Of a stretch of DNA of 64,000 bases, positions 37,101 through 49,640 are shown one piece after another; within the stretch, counting starts at the first letter, position 1, and every line of letters begins with the position of its first letter. A program made the position numbers and the translations under genes. The stretch is from Chrysomallon squamiferum (taxonomy: Eukaryota; Animalia; Mollusca): NCBI GenBank assembly GCA_012295275.1, contig CM022670.1, positions 26,846,001-26,910,000 of the forward strand. Direction: 5' to 3'. The notes beneath the pieces were generated by a model, which had not been told where the DNA came from, did not search any database, and was given only the letters and a program-made list of their open reading frames with translations.

Positions 37101-40100
37101 TTGTTGTTGTTTTTAAGGTTTGATAATTGTAAGAATTTTTTTATCTTAGTATTATTATTATCGTTAATATTATTTTTATTATTAAAATTAAAATTAATTA
37201 TAATTCTTCAGAAAGTTTTTGTTAGTACTATATTACATATATTTAATTTGGTGCATAAAAACATAGAATATTCATGTTTGTTTTCACAGATTTCTTACAA
37301 TGGATCACACAAGGAAAATACTGCTTGTGCTGGAATCTGATCCCAAAGTTTATAGCCTCCCAATAATTGGAATGTGAGTTATTTTATGTTATCAGTTTGT
37401 TTGAATTACATATCTTGGACTTTATTTTTTATTAAATGTTTGTAAATTAAAGTGTCACATGCATGTACACCAGCTTATTCATAAAATATTATTATTATTT
37501 TAATTTTTAGCTGGGTTTCTGGTGTTACTGCAGTTCACCATCCTCTGATATGGGCCTCCTGTTTGAGATACCTTCACAACCTTTACATGCAAGACAGGTA
37601 CTAATATTATTTATTTCACATAGCTTTTAGAAAAATGTGTTTCTTGTGAATTATTTGTTACAACCAAGATTATGCACTGTTATGAAATATAAAGTCTATA
37701 ATTCCAAGCCAAGTTATTCAGGTTCTTTATAGTGGTCTTTACAATTTAATAATTTTCAATTGTGTGCCTGTTAGAGGTTTAATTATGAAGTGTCTATTTC
37801 TGAACAGGGTGTGTTGTCCACCAGAACAGTTTCTTCTGGTGTTGTATAGCCCTACACATTCAAAACCTGAATTCTATGACGTTATAACAACCACTGGAGA
37901 TAACAGACTGGACTTTGATATCTTTACTGGATATGAAGTGGCCAATGTAACAAAGGTAACACATTTACAATCCGTTTTAAAAAATATTAAGCCACGATTT
38001 CTTATAGTAGCATAAAACATTTATTTTAATGCTTTATTTTGTGAATCATATAGTCACTGTTTCATTCAAGGTAGGTGCTGTAAAATATATTGTCCTATTT
38101 AGTAAAATAATAATTTCAGAATTTTTAATTATTATTTATTTATTTACCTATTTTTCTTTGTTATTGTCAGACTGTTACAAGCATCTCCTCTGGAATAATA
38201 GATTGCGAGTTAAGTCCAGTACAAAATGGACCAAAAAGAGAAATATTTGATGCTGCTGTATCAAATTTCAGTACTCTAAGGTAAGTGTCTCTGAGATGAA
38301 ACATTAAACTTTATTTTGGAGTGAAAGATAGATATTTTAAATTATATTTAAAAAAAAAAGATTATGTATTTTATTTCTGTTTTTTTATATATATATTCTT
38401 TTCTATATTTAATTATGGCCATACTTTTTATCAGGATTATTTATCTTAATTTGTGAAAATGCTGGATTTAATTTTATATGTATCATTTTATTTACACTAC
38501 AGACCTGAAGAAAATTCTGTCAAGAAATTGCCTGTTTGTAATTCAGTGACTGATGAAATGCTTCCAAGATCGATTCCAACTCCACATCAAGCAAAGGTAC
38601 ATAATGTTACTTCAGATATTAAGAACAAAAATCTACATCAGTAAACGCCATAATGAAATTTCATGAATTTCTTTTTAGAAACATGTTTATTTTGTATTTT
38701 ATGGCAGAGGTTATTTAATTTTCTTTTCTTTTGTTTTTAGGCAACACAGTTTGAATCTATGGTTCCTGAAGTATCGTTCATTTTCACAGATTCTCAGCAA
38801 TCCTTACCTATGAGTCATCCATTAGAATCAATTCCAGAAATCCCTAGTTTAGAACTGTCTACGCCACGAAATGATTCAAGACAATCTAGTTTTAATTCAT
38901 CAACAACACCATATGTTCAGAACAACAGAATGTCATTTCCTAGTGCTGTCAATAATCAACAGTATTCCAACCCTCAGATGATGAATAGGTTTCCAGAGAA
39001 TCGACCCAACCAGCAGAATTGTGTTCAGAAACAAAATGTACCAACTAGCACGGCTACGTCTCAAGGATTCATGCATCCACATCTTGTAGAGAAACAGTTT
39101 AGAAATGGAGGTTTAAATTCACAAAACATAATTTCAGAAGTAAATAGTTGTCCAAATGAAGCTAGTTACCATCAGAAAGGATGTACTTGTGAATTTTGTT
39201 CCAGAAATTCTGCATTCCATGGTGCAGTTAATGAAGGAAGCACAACAAATCAACAAATAAACCTTAATGTTAATCAGAATAATTCAGTTTCTTATAATCA
39301 GATAATACCAAGCAGATCTAATTTTGGATCAAACCAGTTTGTTTCAGCTCCTATCAGAACAGTTAATCCTAATAGTGCTCTGTCAAGACAGTCTTTTCCC
39401 ATTCCTCAACCAATTATGTCTTCCACATATCCACAGGAATCATTGAGGAGTTGTGGGCCAGTCCAGAGACAGACAATGTCTGTATCATATCCTCAGGTTC
39501 AAAACATAAGACACAGGCAACCACAGCCACATACCATTAACCAGTCCCTTCCAGAGTTTGCTCATCCTGCTCCCCAACCTCTTTCTCTACCTCAGCAAAT
39601 TAATCACATGCAGCTGAGAGATCAGCAGCAGTTTTATAGAAACATGGTTGGCTATCCTGTTTCTACCTCTTCAAACCTTTCTGTCAATACTCAAGCTAAT
39701 TATGTTTCTGCAGGTCAAGAGAACAGTCATCAAAGCAAAGGTGTTCCTGGTTTTGTCCAATATCAGCAGGTTCAGAATGCCTCTCTTTCCAGTCAGGAAC
39801 ATGCAGAGAGCTCCTGCAGTGGAAAGTCGAGTGATGACAGTGGTTTGAGTGTGACACCAGACAGATCACAACCATCACCAAAGTCTCACAGCCCATGTTC
39901 TACAAATCAAGCACAAACATCTTCAGGTTTTGGCCAATCTCTGTCTGTGGATTCTATCAACTGGGATCAAGTTCCTCCAGAGATTTACCAGCTCATAATG
40001 CAGCAAAATGCCCAGCTGCAGCAGCTGCAATCACAGATGCAAGCACTTCTCATGTCCCAGTCTTCTTCCCAAACAAACGTGCAGTCTCACAGTGAAACCA

Positions 40101-42773
40101 CATCACACCAAAAGAAGCCTGATACCTGCGAAACAGCAGTTAACACAACATTGATTTTACCAAAATCACCAAGCAAGTCTCAATGCAGACAGGCCAGTCT
40201 TCATTCAATTCAGATTCAGACTAGTCCTGAGAAATCAAATGTTTCATCCAGCAGTAGCTCTCACAGATCAGCAAGGACACAAGACTCTCAGCCAAAGAGT
40301 GAAACACAGACACCTGTAGAGATAAGACATAAAGGAATGCTTCAGCTGAACAGCACACAGAAAGAAGACACAGATAGTGTGGATATGAATCAGGCAGATA
40401 TAGCAGCAGTTGTCAGTAACATAGGCATACAGAATCAGACCGTAGACAGCATTCATTCTGATATTATACTAGACATGCCCAGCTACCAATCATCACCTTC
40501 CAGGTTAGTCAGTTTACAGTATTAAATCATTTAGTAATACATATTTAGCAATGGCTTTCTTTTTGCTTTTTTATTTTATATATTTAGGTATTTTATCAAA
40601 AATATAATGGGATTAATTGTAAAATATGCAATTACGGATTTAAAATAAATATTGTGTTTATATGTTTTGATAATTTGCTCTATTCAGGTCTCAGGAATGT
40701 AAAGAAACTGGTGCAATGGATGATAGTAACCTAACAAGTCCTTTAAGTGCAAGCATGTGTGCTCAGCAGGTAACAGTTGTTTCCTTTCTTTTTCTACTAG
40801 ATTTTATTAAATATATAAATATTTTAATAAGGTATTATTTGAATCAGTTGTATCTGTTTTTATAATAGCATGTAAAATGTCAATATTTAATTTTTAAAAA
40901 AAGAAAAAATTAGCCATCCCATGGAAATGAAATTGTTTTGCCTGCCATTTATTCACAAATTCAGATTCACTATTTAGTATTTATCTGTATGATAACATAA
41001 TTATTTTTTTTAAATGTGATTGTTATTATTACATTGTAGTATAATTTTTCAGGATGACTCTTATGGAGAAACAGAAGGTTATCTGAATCCTGCCAATTTA
41101 GATGAGGAGTCCAAAGAATATTATGACAAACTACTTGTAAGTTAACATCATATCCTACATTAATTGATCTAATCATAACAAACACTTGGTATTGTCATGA
41201 AAGAATTTAACAAACCAGTATAAAAAAATATTTTACAGTTTCATGTGTTTTATGTGTCTTATTTTAGAAACTTATGTAGTTGTAGATCTGTTTGATCATT
41301 TATTTATTTTATTTTTTTAGGATAATATACGTAATTTCTTGAATACACACAACGTTGACCAGAATTCAAGTAATCAGACAGAAGGTTTAGAAAATGAACC
41401 AGTTAATAGAAACAGTCTATCAAAATTGGCACCCAGTGGTCTGCAGTCAATATTACAGTAAGTGTTTTTTTTTAAAATTATTATTTGATGATCAGTCCTG
41501 TTTTTATTGAAGAAAGTATATAGAAAATCATCCATAATTTTTGTATTCTATAAGTATTGACTCTTTTAAGATGATGGGCTATAACATTCTTAAAATAATT
41601 TATGCATTTACTGATTAGACTATTGTATTTTTTATAATTTTAAATCTTTTGGGTTTGGATGAATCAGTTTATTAATTATATCCTTCAGTTTTGTTCAGAG
41701 CAAGATTTTAAGTTTTGTTAGAGCCTTTTGTTTTTATTAAACTTAATGCATTACAGGTAAATTTATTTTCTGATAAACTAGATACTGACAAAAAAAATTA
41801 TTTATAAAACAAAATAAACTTGGGAGAAAAAGTATTTGATAAACATTAAAATTTTATTTGATGCTGAAAGTTAATTTTTGAAGATAAGTAAGTGTAAAAA
41901 ATAAATAAAATAAATTAATTGTTTCTTTTTACTGATTTAACTTGTTTCATCTTTAGGCTTCAACAGTTTGGAAATAGTGCTGATACAACATTCATTCCAA
42001 AGATTAACTACATGTCTGTCATGTTTGACTCTGACTCTGACACGTCTGTAGACATCAATGCTATGGCAATGAAATACCTGACTGATGAACAGCTGACAAA
42101 CATGGTGAAACTGCAGCGTAAGACCAGTATTCCTAAAAAGGCTGGATTGTTGAGACATGTACTCAGAGCTGAAAACATGTCTAATGTATCCCAGGATGTG
42201 TCGCGGTTTGGAATGTCTCCCAGTGACATCACACTAGATACCAAGAAATACCTGGAAAAATATGGACTTCTCAGTTCAAATGAAACCTTAATAGCTGAAA
42301 ACACAAACTTAACCGACCAGACTCTTCAACTGAGGTTAAACTACAGCACAATCACTATGGAAACACCCTCGCCATCCAAAACAACCTCAGATCGACAACC
42401 TTCTAGATCTTCCACCTGCAGTGATACCAAGGACAATCATATGTTCACATCACCAGCACTGACAAAAGGTGTTCCTCAGACTCGTGAAATCTTAGCCAGT
42501 CAAGATTCACATGATCAAAGATATCGTTCACCGAGACAGACAGATAATCAGTCATCACCAGTTTTTCCTCCAGTGAAGAATCACAGAAGACATGTTTATG
42601 GCTCAGGAGACTCATCTCCTGTTCTTCCTTCACCAAACAGACAATATGCTCAGAGATGCAGTTCACTAGATAATGACACAGAAAATTATAATCACCATTC
42701 AGCTGGCAGTGGAAATAATACAGACAATATTTTAGATATACATAAGCTAAGACAATTACCCAAATTACTATAG
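34107..42773 (+). CDS. STIL: SCL/TAL1-interrupting locus protein (centriole duplication factor, Ana2/SAS-5 family), about 1385 aa
   Basis: 16 phase-consistent coding exons: 34107-34228, 34480-34581, 35063-35175, 35488-35591, 35883-35945, 36338-36585, 37290-37373, 37511-37597, 37808-37955, 38171-38280, 38503-38596, 38741-40503, 40688-40769, 41053-41136, 41321-41457, 41957-42773 (4158 nt). Motifs: STIL_N ([56 protein letters not shown]), CPAP-binding PRSIPTP, coiled coil [26 protein letters not shown] ([19 protein letters not shown]) and TIM end [14 protein letters not shown]. Confidence 0.95.
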
Positions 42774-45700
42774 CCAGTACTAGTCATATATATTATTTAT
42801 TGCCTCTTAATTTATTTAAATTTAGCATTTATTTTCTTTCATCTTTTTTTTTTTTTTTAATTTCTCTATGAAATAGTTAACCATTTAGGTTTTTAATAAT
42901 TTAAAACAAATTTATTTCATTATATACTTAACTATTATAGTTTTACTTAGAAAATATAAATGCTATTAGTTAATTTATATAACCATGTATTTCAAATTGT
43001 TTTCAATTTTACAGATCTTTAATTGACTAAGAAATATATAGGTTTTTAATAACTAATTTATGTAAAAGCATTTTTTTTTATTAATCCTTTTTTTTTTTTT
43101 TTTGTAAAAACTATTTTTTTAGATAAACCTCAAGACATTTTGTTCATTAATAAACATAAAACCAGTGTATTTTGAAGTAATGAAATTAAAAAACAAATAA
43201 AATTTGAAAGTGCTAAATTCCAGAGTTTATAAAATAATTTAGAATTTCTCATTTATGGTGGGAAATTTTAGAGGTTTAATGTTTTAATAGAACGACAGAT
43301 TATTAAGTCAGAATCAGATTGTTCAGAACTGAAACATTTAGAAACTAAAAGAATTAAATATGAAATAATAAAATATTAGTATTGTTTAATCCATTTATGA
43401 TTTTATTATATTTACTTTAATATTTTATAAGTGAAAAAGAAAACTGTAATTAGTGAGAAATGTTTCATCTTTACAGTTTAATTTGTTTCTTTATTTTTTA
43501 ATTTTCAAAAGTAATTGGGTAGAAGCTTAAACATTATTTCCAATTTTTTTTTTTTTTTTTTTTAATATAGTATTATTAGTAATTTAGAAAATATTTTAAT
43601 TAACTGCCTCCTTATTAACAAAATACTTATTTTATTATCATCAAAGATAATAGATAATTAGGTAATTTTGTAAAAGTTGTTTAATAAATAGCATAATGTA
43701 ACTGGTCTTTGTTTTGACAAAGACTTCGCAGACTATACACACTGCCTGTTGATGTTGATTGTTGCTGTTTTATTGTGCTTATGCTTACATCTGTGATACT
43801 ATAGTGATATTATAGTGTAGTGAGATTAAAATGTTTATAGTTTAGCCTTTTATGTTAATATTGTTCAATTGTAAATAAAATCAGATATGTAGTTATGCTC
43901 AACATTCCCAGAAAGTTATAATGGGTCTATGCATATGTAAGAAAATCTTCAGGTATAGCAAGAAGACACCAGTAGAATATTATGAATTTGTTTTAAGAAG
44001 GCCTCATCGTATTAAGTAATTATTTAAATATAAATACATTCCTATATCACACTTCAATACTGATCTTGTTATAAATGTTAAAAATGGCCAAATTATTATT
44101 ATTTTTTTTTTTTTAAAAGCCAAACAGCCTAAAAGCCTAAACATATTTATTATTTTGCCTATTTAAATTCTTTGGCTACCAAATTAATGTAGATCATTTA
44201 TTAAATTATTGTCAGTTTTCAGTTTCACATTTGGATTTTGATAAATATATTCAGTTCAGAATGAATTTTATTTTAAAATTATCTTTTTTTCATTATTTGT
44301 ATGGTTTGTATTGTTATAGCATCTTGGTATTCTCCTGTCGTCAGATTGTATGTTCATATACTTTTGCACAAGATGGTGCCTTCTGTTTTCTTCATTGAAT
44401 TGTTATCCAAGTGCCTTCACTTTGTGTTTTTGAAAAACAAACTAATGATAAGATGTAAAATGTGACGTTCATTTCAAAAGCTGACACTTCAAAATTATTT
44501 ATTTTATATATATTGATCTATCCAGTCATTTTTAGTTTTATATAGCTTGAACACTAATGAATTCAGATTTTATTCAAAGTTATATTTTTTAGTTTTTTTA
44601 AATATAAAATGTGTAAGTTAATAATGTTAGATTCATTTCCTTGATCCTTAAAGAAATGCAAAGTGATTTTATTTCAGTGAAACAAGGTTTTGGGGGTTTT
44701 TTTTTTTTTTATAGATCATTAATGTTTGTAGTTTTGTTTTTAAACATCTTTCTTCCATGACTACCACTGATCTCCATGAGAAAAACAATCTATTTTTATA
44801 ATATATGAAATGTATGAATTTTGTACAGAACACAAAAATACACATGTAATTACCATTTTAATTTAAATTTAATAAATATTTATTACATATGCTTTGTGTT
44901 TTTCATGCTTTTCAAATCACTGGATAATTGTCACATTTATTTGAATGCCTGCCAACATCATTAGGTTAGTTCAGTATTTTTGCCATCATTTAACAGATCA
45001 GTTTACAAACTTGTTTTATTCATGAAATAAGTAAACTTGATATACTATTTGTCCCCTTTCTTTAAAACACGATAGCATAAAAATGTACAACACATTTTTT
45101 TCAACTCCAGGTGGGTATTAAATATAATAGTAAAAAATATTTTCCTCTGTAATAAATTAAAAGGTTATGTGATATTTACTGTTAACTTCAGGTTTTTGGA
45201 TGTTTCAAAACTGTTTTCAGAAGTATTTGTTTTGGAGATTTAAAAGAAATATATTTTATATATTTATACATTCAAATGCCGAACACCGATAAAATTAGTG
45301 GAATATATATAAAATGTAAGGGGAAAAAATCGTGCACACACACTGTAAAGAAAAATGACAAATACTGAGGTAACAATGAGAACGTATCTTACAATGACTG
45401 ATACTATTTATTTTATTACAATTGCAAACCAACTTGCTGAGAATTGGCAGATAAATTATTTTTTAATTTGTAGCTGAGCCAGAAAAATTTCTTTATATGA
45501 AGTAGCTTATGCAGGAATCGGACATAAATTCTGAGGGGAAAAACTAAGTAATTTAGGAAGCAAATGTTTTATTTAAGAATCTACTGACAATTTATTGTTA
45601 TCAGATTAAGGACAACTCAAAACTTGTGAAGAAATCTGCTGCCACTTCATTCTGATAAGCTGTGAGGTATCTTTTATATGCACTATCCAACAACTTTTTA

Positions 45701-46477
45701 ACACCTGTAATATTTGGAATGATCAAGAAATGCTGAAAATGAAATCTCAGATGCTTTCCATTTAAAAACAAAAAAAACACAAAAACAATGCTTCTTAAAA
45801 TGTATCATTCTTAAATGTTATATATTTTTTTTATTTTATCTTTTATTTAGTTGACTGGAAAAAAATTCCCAGTGCAACACAATATAATAACAGTACAAAG
45901 CTTTGTTTTCATTATTGTTTAGTGCATTAACCAACATTTCATTGCACTGTTAATTTTTCACAAAGTCTAGATAAACAAACGTATTATTTTTCTCTAACCT
46001 TACAAATTTTGTAATATATTTCATATCCTGTTTTAAGATCACTGAAATGTTTAGTTAAATGTAGACTGTTTTACAAATATCTGACATTCAGGAAATCATA
46101 AAAGTGGTACGATTTTTATCTCTGGAAAATTTAATTTTCTTGTTTAAGTTATAAACCATTTTAATTTTATTATTTTAATTTTATTATTTTATTTATATAT
46201 TATTATTATTATTTTTTTTTTTTTGAACTGAGGTTTCTTTTAACCAGAATCAATCCATTATTATCTTTTTAAATAAATAAAACAAATCAAACACAACACA
46301 AACTGAAAATTAGTAATAATACCTTTACTGTCCTTGTGTGAACAAGAACAAAACAAAAACATAATATATTTTACTTCACAAATGGTCAACATTTATAAAG
46401 ATTTTCAACATATTCAATGAATGTTTTATGTACAGTGTACAGTGACCAAATGTAAGCAAATGAATTCATGTCTGAAT

Positions 46478-46634
46478 GTATATGTATGTGTGTGTATATA
46501 TATATATAGATACATACATATACACACACACACATATATACATACATACATATACATATATATATATATATATACATACATACATATATACATATATATA
46601 TATACATACACACACGCAGGCACACACATACACA
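46478..46634. repeat. Compound (TA)/(CA)/(TACA) microsatellite
   Basis: Seen directly; it explains the five overlapping low-complexity ORFs in the track. Confidence 0.92.
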
Positions 46635-49600
46635 CCCACTTTGGAATACATCAATAAAATAAAAAAAACTTTCAACATATTGAGGACAAACCTATTCAGT
46701 GTTTTACGAGAATCTTACCCCACTCCTCCACGCTAATGACATTATATATCACAAGTTTGCTTCCCTTACACAGAGGTCAGCAAGACAATATGGTTACTAA
46801 TGCACTTTTGTGCCATTTAAATAAAAAGCTTATGGAGATCACCTACATGTTTTTAACATTACAGCATACAGAGATTGCAAACATTTAAAATTTTACATCA
46901 ATAAACATAGGCAGAAACTTTTAACCAAACCACAAGCAGAAACCTGCACATTACATTGAATGCAAAGAAATATAAATGGTTATACAGTCACAATATATTA
47001 ATAAGCAGTTGTTTCCATCGAACTCAGAATATAAATTAAAACTGAATTATAGAAACTGTATCTCATTTCTCTAAAATCCTCTACAAAAAGCTCAGAATAA
47101 AAATTTATGCAAGTAAAACAAACTTGGAAAGGCTTGACTGGAATTTTATGTGTATGTATCTTATATTTCAATCCCAAAATAGATACATTCAGATTAAGTA
47201 ATGAGAGAAGAAAAAACATTTTAAAAATCTAAAGGAGCAATCGGAAAATAAAAATAATTATTCTATTTTTAAAGTTTCAGAAATAGTTACTAAATTTTGA
47301 TGGGTCATTTAAAAAAAATAGTTAAATTTTACTTAAACTCTACAGTAACAGAAAATTATAATCTGTACATCCTAATCTGACTTGGTTTTCTTAAGTTATA
47401 GATATACAGATACATCTTATTCAGATGCATACCCCTCCCCCCACCAAACCAGAAACAATTCTGACTAGAAGATGCATATTTGCCTGAGAGCAATAAAATG
47501 CACGCACAACCATAAATCACACCTAACATTCAGTCAGAAACTTGATAAAACATTTTATTTGGGTGTTGATTGGACAAATCAATTTTTGTTTGTTTAATTT
47601 ACATACTAATATTTTTACTTGCACAGCTTCAGGAAACTGATAACAATTAAATAAGCCCATTTTAAAAATCTTTACCATTTATGTAGTTAGTCATAGAATT
47701 ATCCACATATAACTTTCAATTTCAATACCAGTAATTCATAGTTTAATGGTGGAAAAGTTTTGCTAATGAATGCAAACCATGCATTTGTAATTTACACTTC
47801 TGTGAATTTATAAATGGATAAATTTGCTGCATAGAAAATTGAAATATGACAATAAATAAGCATTATATTAATCAATAAATATGAAGCACTACTAAATGAT
47901 AACCAAGAAAATGAGAAAATAATAAAATAAAAAAATAATTAAAAAATCAGTATTAAAACACATTATGCTTCATTAAAACAATTAAAATCAAATGAACATT
48001 CAGGTTTCAAATCAGAAAATCAAATAATTAACAAAGCTAAGTTCATTAATCATTTGTTAGTGGGATATTCAGGTATGAAATTCAACGGTGGGATAAAATA
48101 ATTTTTTATTTTTAAATAATACCTGTGTTGAAATAGTTGTCATTTTGACAGTAGCTGTAGGAAGTAAATTTTGTTTTTGATAATTTTGCACAAAATTTGC
48201 AGTATTTATAAAAAATTGGCAAATAAATAATGAGAATTTTTTTTGTTCAGATTAAATTCCTGAATGAAAACATGTTTGGTTTTGATTAATGTCACGCAGC
48301 CTCAGTAATATCACATAGATGTTTTTTGTTCTTGGTGTTTTACTTTTATAAATTTATTATGCTACATGAAAGACTTTAGAATTTCTCTCTTGTGCATGTT
48401 CAGTAATGTTAACAGGCAACACACAGTTTAAAGCATCTACAACAAGCATTAATTATAAATAGAATATTTTAAATCAAGAATTCATACTGTGAAAATAAAA
48501 GTAATACAAAAACACTATAATAATAAAAATATAGTTATATATATATAAAAAATGGATTAAAAAAGTGAATATGTTGCATAAAGAAACTTTATATATACCT
48601 TTATTTCACAATAGAGGAACAGAAATAGACCAATACTATTTTTATTGGTTATTGAATAAAAACATTGTTATATATGAAAATGCTACTAAACATTTCAGAC
48701 CCAACCAAAAATCAAGTACATTTTAAGTACATATAAATGGCACCAACTTTCTGAATTTGACTTAAAAAGCGTATTTAGGTAATTTCCAAAGACCATACTA
48801 TCATTATAATCAAGGTTCAGCAAATAACTTTAAAAATGTGTTTAAAACATTTTTCTTTTACTGTCCATGCATATTTGTAGATATAAAAAGATTATTTCTG
48901 TAGTAGAATGTTTCTGGAAATTTGATTATCTTTTGTAATGTTTTACTTAAATTTGAAGTTGTGTTATTACAATGCTTCAATGCACTTCTGTTTGCAAAAC
49001 TGAAACCTGAAGAAATTTATGATTGTTGATGTTCAAATTTCATTAACATATGAAAAATATACTGGCTCATACATTTTTTGAATTGGAGGTTAAGTGTTTT
49101 CTTTTTAAAATACATGAAAAATAAAGGAAAAGTCATAATAGAATACCAATATTTATACACTATACTATTCTTATCACTGAGATCAAATATACAGTTACAC
49201 ATTTCCTTAAACATGTTCTTTATCTTTTTAAAATCTAGATGAATGATTTGAGAGCTTTTTTTGCTTTATTTTTGGCTTTTGGATATCATTTTGTATTATT
49301 ACCATAGTACTAATAGAATTTACTCTTCACTGAAATCACTTGAACATTAATGTGTTCTATATAGCTTACACCATAAATTAATAAGGTACAAGACTGCCAC
49401 ATCTTTTTACCTGTGTTAAATAAATAGTAAGTGGTTATAATAACAATTGTACATTTATATATTTACTAATAAGCACTGTAAGGAAAAAAAAGAAGAAAGG
49501 AACCCAAAACCAAACATAAACCAGACAATTCTTGCTAGGGTTTGACTGCCATGATAAATGTAGCAACAACGTATCAAAATAACTGATTTGTCAACTAGAC

Positions 49601-49640
49601 AACCTCTGTGTAAGGATGAATGATGAAAATATGTAACTGA

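Noticed and set aside
39648-42666. Short ORFs overlapping STIL exons on both strands
   Set aside because: Shadows of the STIL coding sequence.
46386-46736. Five overlapping ORFs rich in Y/I/C/V/H/T
   Set aside because: They are translations of a TA/CA microsatellite.
42774-49640. TAL1/SCL bHLH gene expected downstream of STIL by analogy with vertebrates
   Set aside because: No bHLH-coding sequence seen; the region looks like the STIL and MED26 3' UTRs plus spacer.
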